A stretch of DNA of 64,000 nt from Neoechinorhynchus agilis (Eukaryota; Animalia; Acanthocephala). The stretch spans positions 2,718,151 through 2,782,150 of the forward strand of contig CM121341.1 in NCBI GenBank assembly GCA_051530055.1, given 5' to 3'. Below are positions 61,271-64,000 of this stretch, piece by piece (positions within the stretch are counted from its first letter, which is position 1; each line of letters starts with the position of its first letter). The position numbers and the translations under genes are program-made. The notes under the pieces were generated by a model, which saw only the letters and a program-made list of their open reading frames with translations, did not search any database and was not told the origin of the DNA.

Positions 61271-61309
61271 AAAAGTATTAAGAAGAATATAAAAAAGATT
61301 TTCAATTGT

Positions 61310-61735
61310 ATAAATACTTCTTGTATGCTGATGATCTTACAATCTTTGCTCATGCACCGGCTCCCTTGTCACTCTCAATTACTCCTAACGAGATTTCTAG
61401 CGTACATGCCTTTTTGCTCCTCTAAATGTCTAAAGCTTAACTTAACCAAGTGCTTCAAAGTTGTCCCTACCTTTTCCAAAAACTTAACACCTTTCACAAG
61501 AGATGCGCTCTACACTTCTCTCTAATCTTTCAAAAGCACTCAAGGCGCATTCATTCTCTTCCTCCGCCTCAATTTTTACCACACATTTCTCCTTTTACTC
61601 ACACTTACAACATTCGCCCCCCGCCCAATATTTTAGATACTTCAGTTCCTCGCACTGCGCTCTATCTTAACTCCTTCTTCCCCACCACTAAATCCTCCAA
61701 ATGCGAATCCAATCTTGAGAATGAACGGAAAAGAA
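61310..61735 (+). mobile_element. L2/CR1-like RT 3' fragment (similar to 6095-6690)
   Basis: KYFLYADDLTI...KCLKLN, with nucleotide similarity to the 6.1-6.7 kb copy. Confidence 0.7.
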
Positions 61736-61936
61736 CATCCTAATAACTTGACGCTTTGTAGCTGCAAAGATGGAACAATAGAAAGACGCCCAAAGCTTTC
61801 AAGTTACAGGTTTCGCTATGTGTTTTCCCAAATAAAAAGCGTTAATATCAAACGAAAATTGATTTTTCTTCAAAACTTCAACACTCCGTGAGCACACAAT
61901 CGTTTTTTTCCGGTTATTTATATGGAAATGCTTGCT

Positions 61937-62711
61937 CTAGAATAAGCAGCATCCCACAGAGGACGATCTACGACTACCTTTCCACTGTCCACTCTTCTTT
62001 CTATAATTTTGGTTAGTTGTACAGTCGATGGCTACATCAAATACAAGTCTGAGATTCTGTTTGGTAAGCGCTGAGCACTCGATATACGCATGGGCGCATA
62101 TCTTCTTGGCTAAATTTTGTCCTTGCTCTCGAGTAATGATTTTCCCTGTTTCTCTCCTATTAGTAGTTCGGTCGGAGTCTCTAAGATCTACTTTAGTTCC
62201 GACAAGTATGAATGGCGTCTTGGGGCAATATCTTTTAATCTCCGGAAGCCACTTCATTGTAATGTTCGTGAATGAAGCTACATTTGTCAGTGAGAAACAC
62301 AGGAGAAAAACATCGGTTTGTGGATATGAAAGTGGTCTTTTATAGAACGTAACGGTTAAATTACACTATAAAACAAAGATCCAACCTTAGTCTATCATAA
62401 TCTTCTTGTCCAGCAGTATCCCAGAGACTAAGACAAACTGGAGTATTACTTCAGTCAATTTGTTTTCGGTCTATGTCTCCACGATAGTTAGAAAACAAAT
62501 CGACTGTTTATTATGCATCAAATTAGCACTGTAGTTATCGAACCTTTTTTTTCAGGCGATAAATCGTATTAAGTAAATTTTTTTAAAATACTAACACTGT
62601 TGGTACGTATTCTCCTGGAAAAGCATCGGAACTGTAGCTCATAAGAAGACATGTTTTTCCGACGGCACCATCTCCAACAGCGACACATTTGACTGACTTG
62701 CAGACGCTCAT
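61937..62711 (-). CDS. Rho-family small GTPase, Rac/Cdc42 group, spliced
   Basis: [17 protein letters not shown]...FPGEYVPTV / FDNY / [14 protein letters not shown] / [10 protein letters not shown]...VGTKVDLR...YIECSA, and a C-terminal CAAX (CCLF). Confidence 0.92.
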
Positions 62712-62927
62712 GATCTAAATCTCAAAATGGACAGAGTTGAGTTTGTGGAGAAGGTCAAGAACAACCGAATGATGCCAATCTTCTATCTAGACATAAAGGA
62801 AGATGTTATACGTATGTGCATATTTGCGGCTCGGTGCTGATGGCCTAGAATTCTTAGATGACGAGGCGACGACATTTAGACAAGTAATTGTGACTCTTTT
62901 AGTTAAGAAAAAAATGAAATTTCTTGA

Positions 62928-63513
62928 TTAATGAATCGATGAAGCAGCCTGGAGTCTATCATTGATTCGCTGTTCCCAAGCTTCGTTATTCATTGCCTTT
63001 CTCTTTTGGATATACGCAAAAAAAACACCGACAAATATCCATGATGCAAGTGAAAATATAATAAAGGACCGAGTAAATCGAGGATTTGGTCTGAGAACCG
63101 AATCATTTTGTCCGGTGTTCGTCCCGTTCTTGCCGTGACCAGTAGTCTCCCAATGGTAGAACCATTCGAATCTTGCGCTTGCAAACACTACAAATAATAT
63201 TATTATCAGGATAACGGGAAGGATTTTGTAGTGACGATTCGCATAATTCTAAGTCTTGTCTAACCGGAATCTTAATATGCGTAAATCGGAGACAAGAATG
63301 GACGGTATCTTGTTTTTCTAAACGACGAGAAACTTAATCAGACGTGAAACAGAGGAAATGAAATCGAGTTTTTAGATCGAAATATTGATCACCAAGAATT
63401 TTTTACTAATGTGGACAAAGATGCCTTTTATGAATACTCGTTCTCTCTATCGAATTATATATCGAGGTGTATTGATCGAAAGACTGAGAAGATTTTGACT
63501 TCTTAATCCCATC
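62928..63513 (-). CDS. Putative small single-pass membrane protein (about 110 aa, two exons)
   Basis: Exon after the acceptor ttatttgtag carries a hydrophobic stretch (FIIFSLASWIFVGVFFAYI). An upstream ATG exon (MGLRSQNLLSL...) can splice in frame. No recognised homology. Confidence 0.35.
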
Positions 63514-64000
63514 TTTAAGCAGCTCTTAAAGCTCGTCCAAAAAGGCACTCTTTAAATGAAAAATGGGCGAAAACATTAGAGTGAGAGAAGTGTCCAAGTT
63601 TCCTCCTGTAAATGGGATTCGGAGACTAGTGACAAAAATACTTTCCATTTAAAGTTCGAATACTTGTGAAACTTGCCTGAAGAGCCGCGTAAAAACAAAA
63701 CAGGAGGGGAAATACGCTGAAAAAAAGAACTGAGTTCCTATGGGATTCCATCCCTGGTTTTGCTATCTTCATTTGTGCAGGAGCAAGACCCATCACGTGC
63801 CACGTGAGACTTTCCTGATAATAGATTAGAGTACTGCTCAGATTGCTTCTCACATGGAAGCTCTACGATTTTCCGACGCGTATTTAGAAGACCTTCTCAT
63901 CCGCTAGATAGACAGGTGTACAACCATCACCAAGTAATTTATCTGATCCTTAGCGCAGAAAGCTAAAAATTAATGTCCCAATAAATTTCTTAGAGTATCA

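Noticed and set aside
1-64000. tRNA, rRNA or SL RNA genes
   Set aside because: GGTTCGA-type matches lack cloverleaf context, no rRNA-like stretch was seen, and no donor plus Sm-site arrangement could be supported by eye.

Overview
AT-rich invertebrate metazoan genomic DNA. Evidence: Skd3-type ankyrin CLPB and GT-AG introns of 40-60 nt; the species cannot be identified. Positions 1-53,000 are mostly decayed retroelements: three near-full CRE-clade elements (RT + restriction-like endonuclease) plus a fragment at 58.1 kb, several RTE and L2/CR1-like LINE pieces, five divergent pieces of one APE-RT LINE family, Penelope fragments at 27.2 and 59.4 kb, and weak Ty3/gypsy and Tc1 remnants. These are mixed with shuffled duplicated blocks. 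Embedded genes: three copies of a 151-aa FoxO-derived forkhead ORF with identical proteins, a RING + CCHC-knuckle ORF, an intronless kinesin-6 (KIF23), a BCCIP pseudogene, and the C-terminal half of a very divergent beta-like tubulin. Positions 54,000-64,000 are a compact host-gene region (TSFM, CLPB, a Rac/Cdc42-type GTPase) with operon-like spacing and splice acceptors directly before start codons. Strongest hidden signals: (1) a frameshifted rhabdovirus-like glycoprotein gene fragment inserted inside a LINE ORF2; (2) Penelope pseudo-LTRs carrying hammerhead-ribozyme motifs, with inverted tails and related tandem arrays; (3) the amplified forkhead cassette, joined head-to-head to LINE 5' ends. 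All homology calls are by-eye motif recognition, with no database search. Many M starts in the supplied ORF track are TTG/GTG/CTG.
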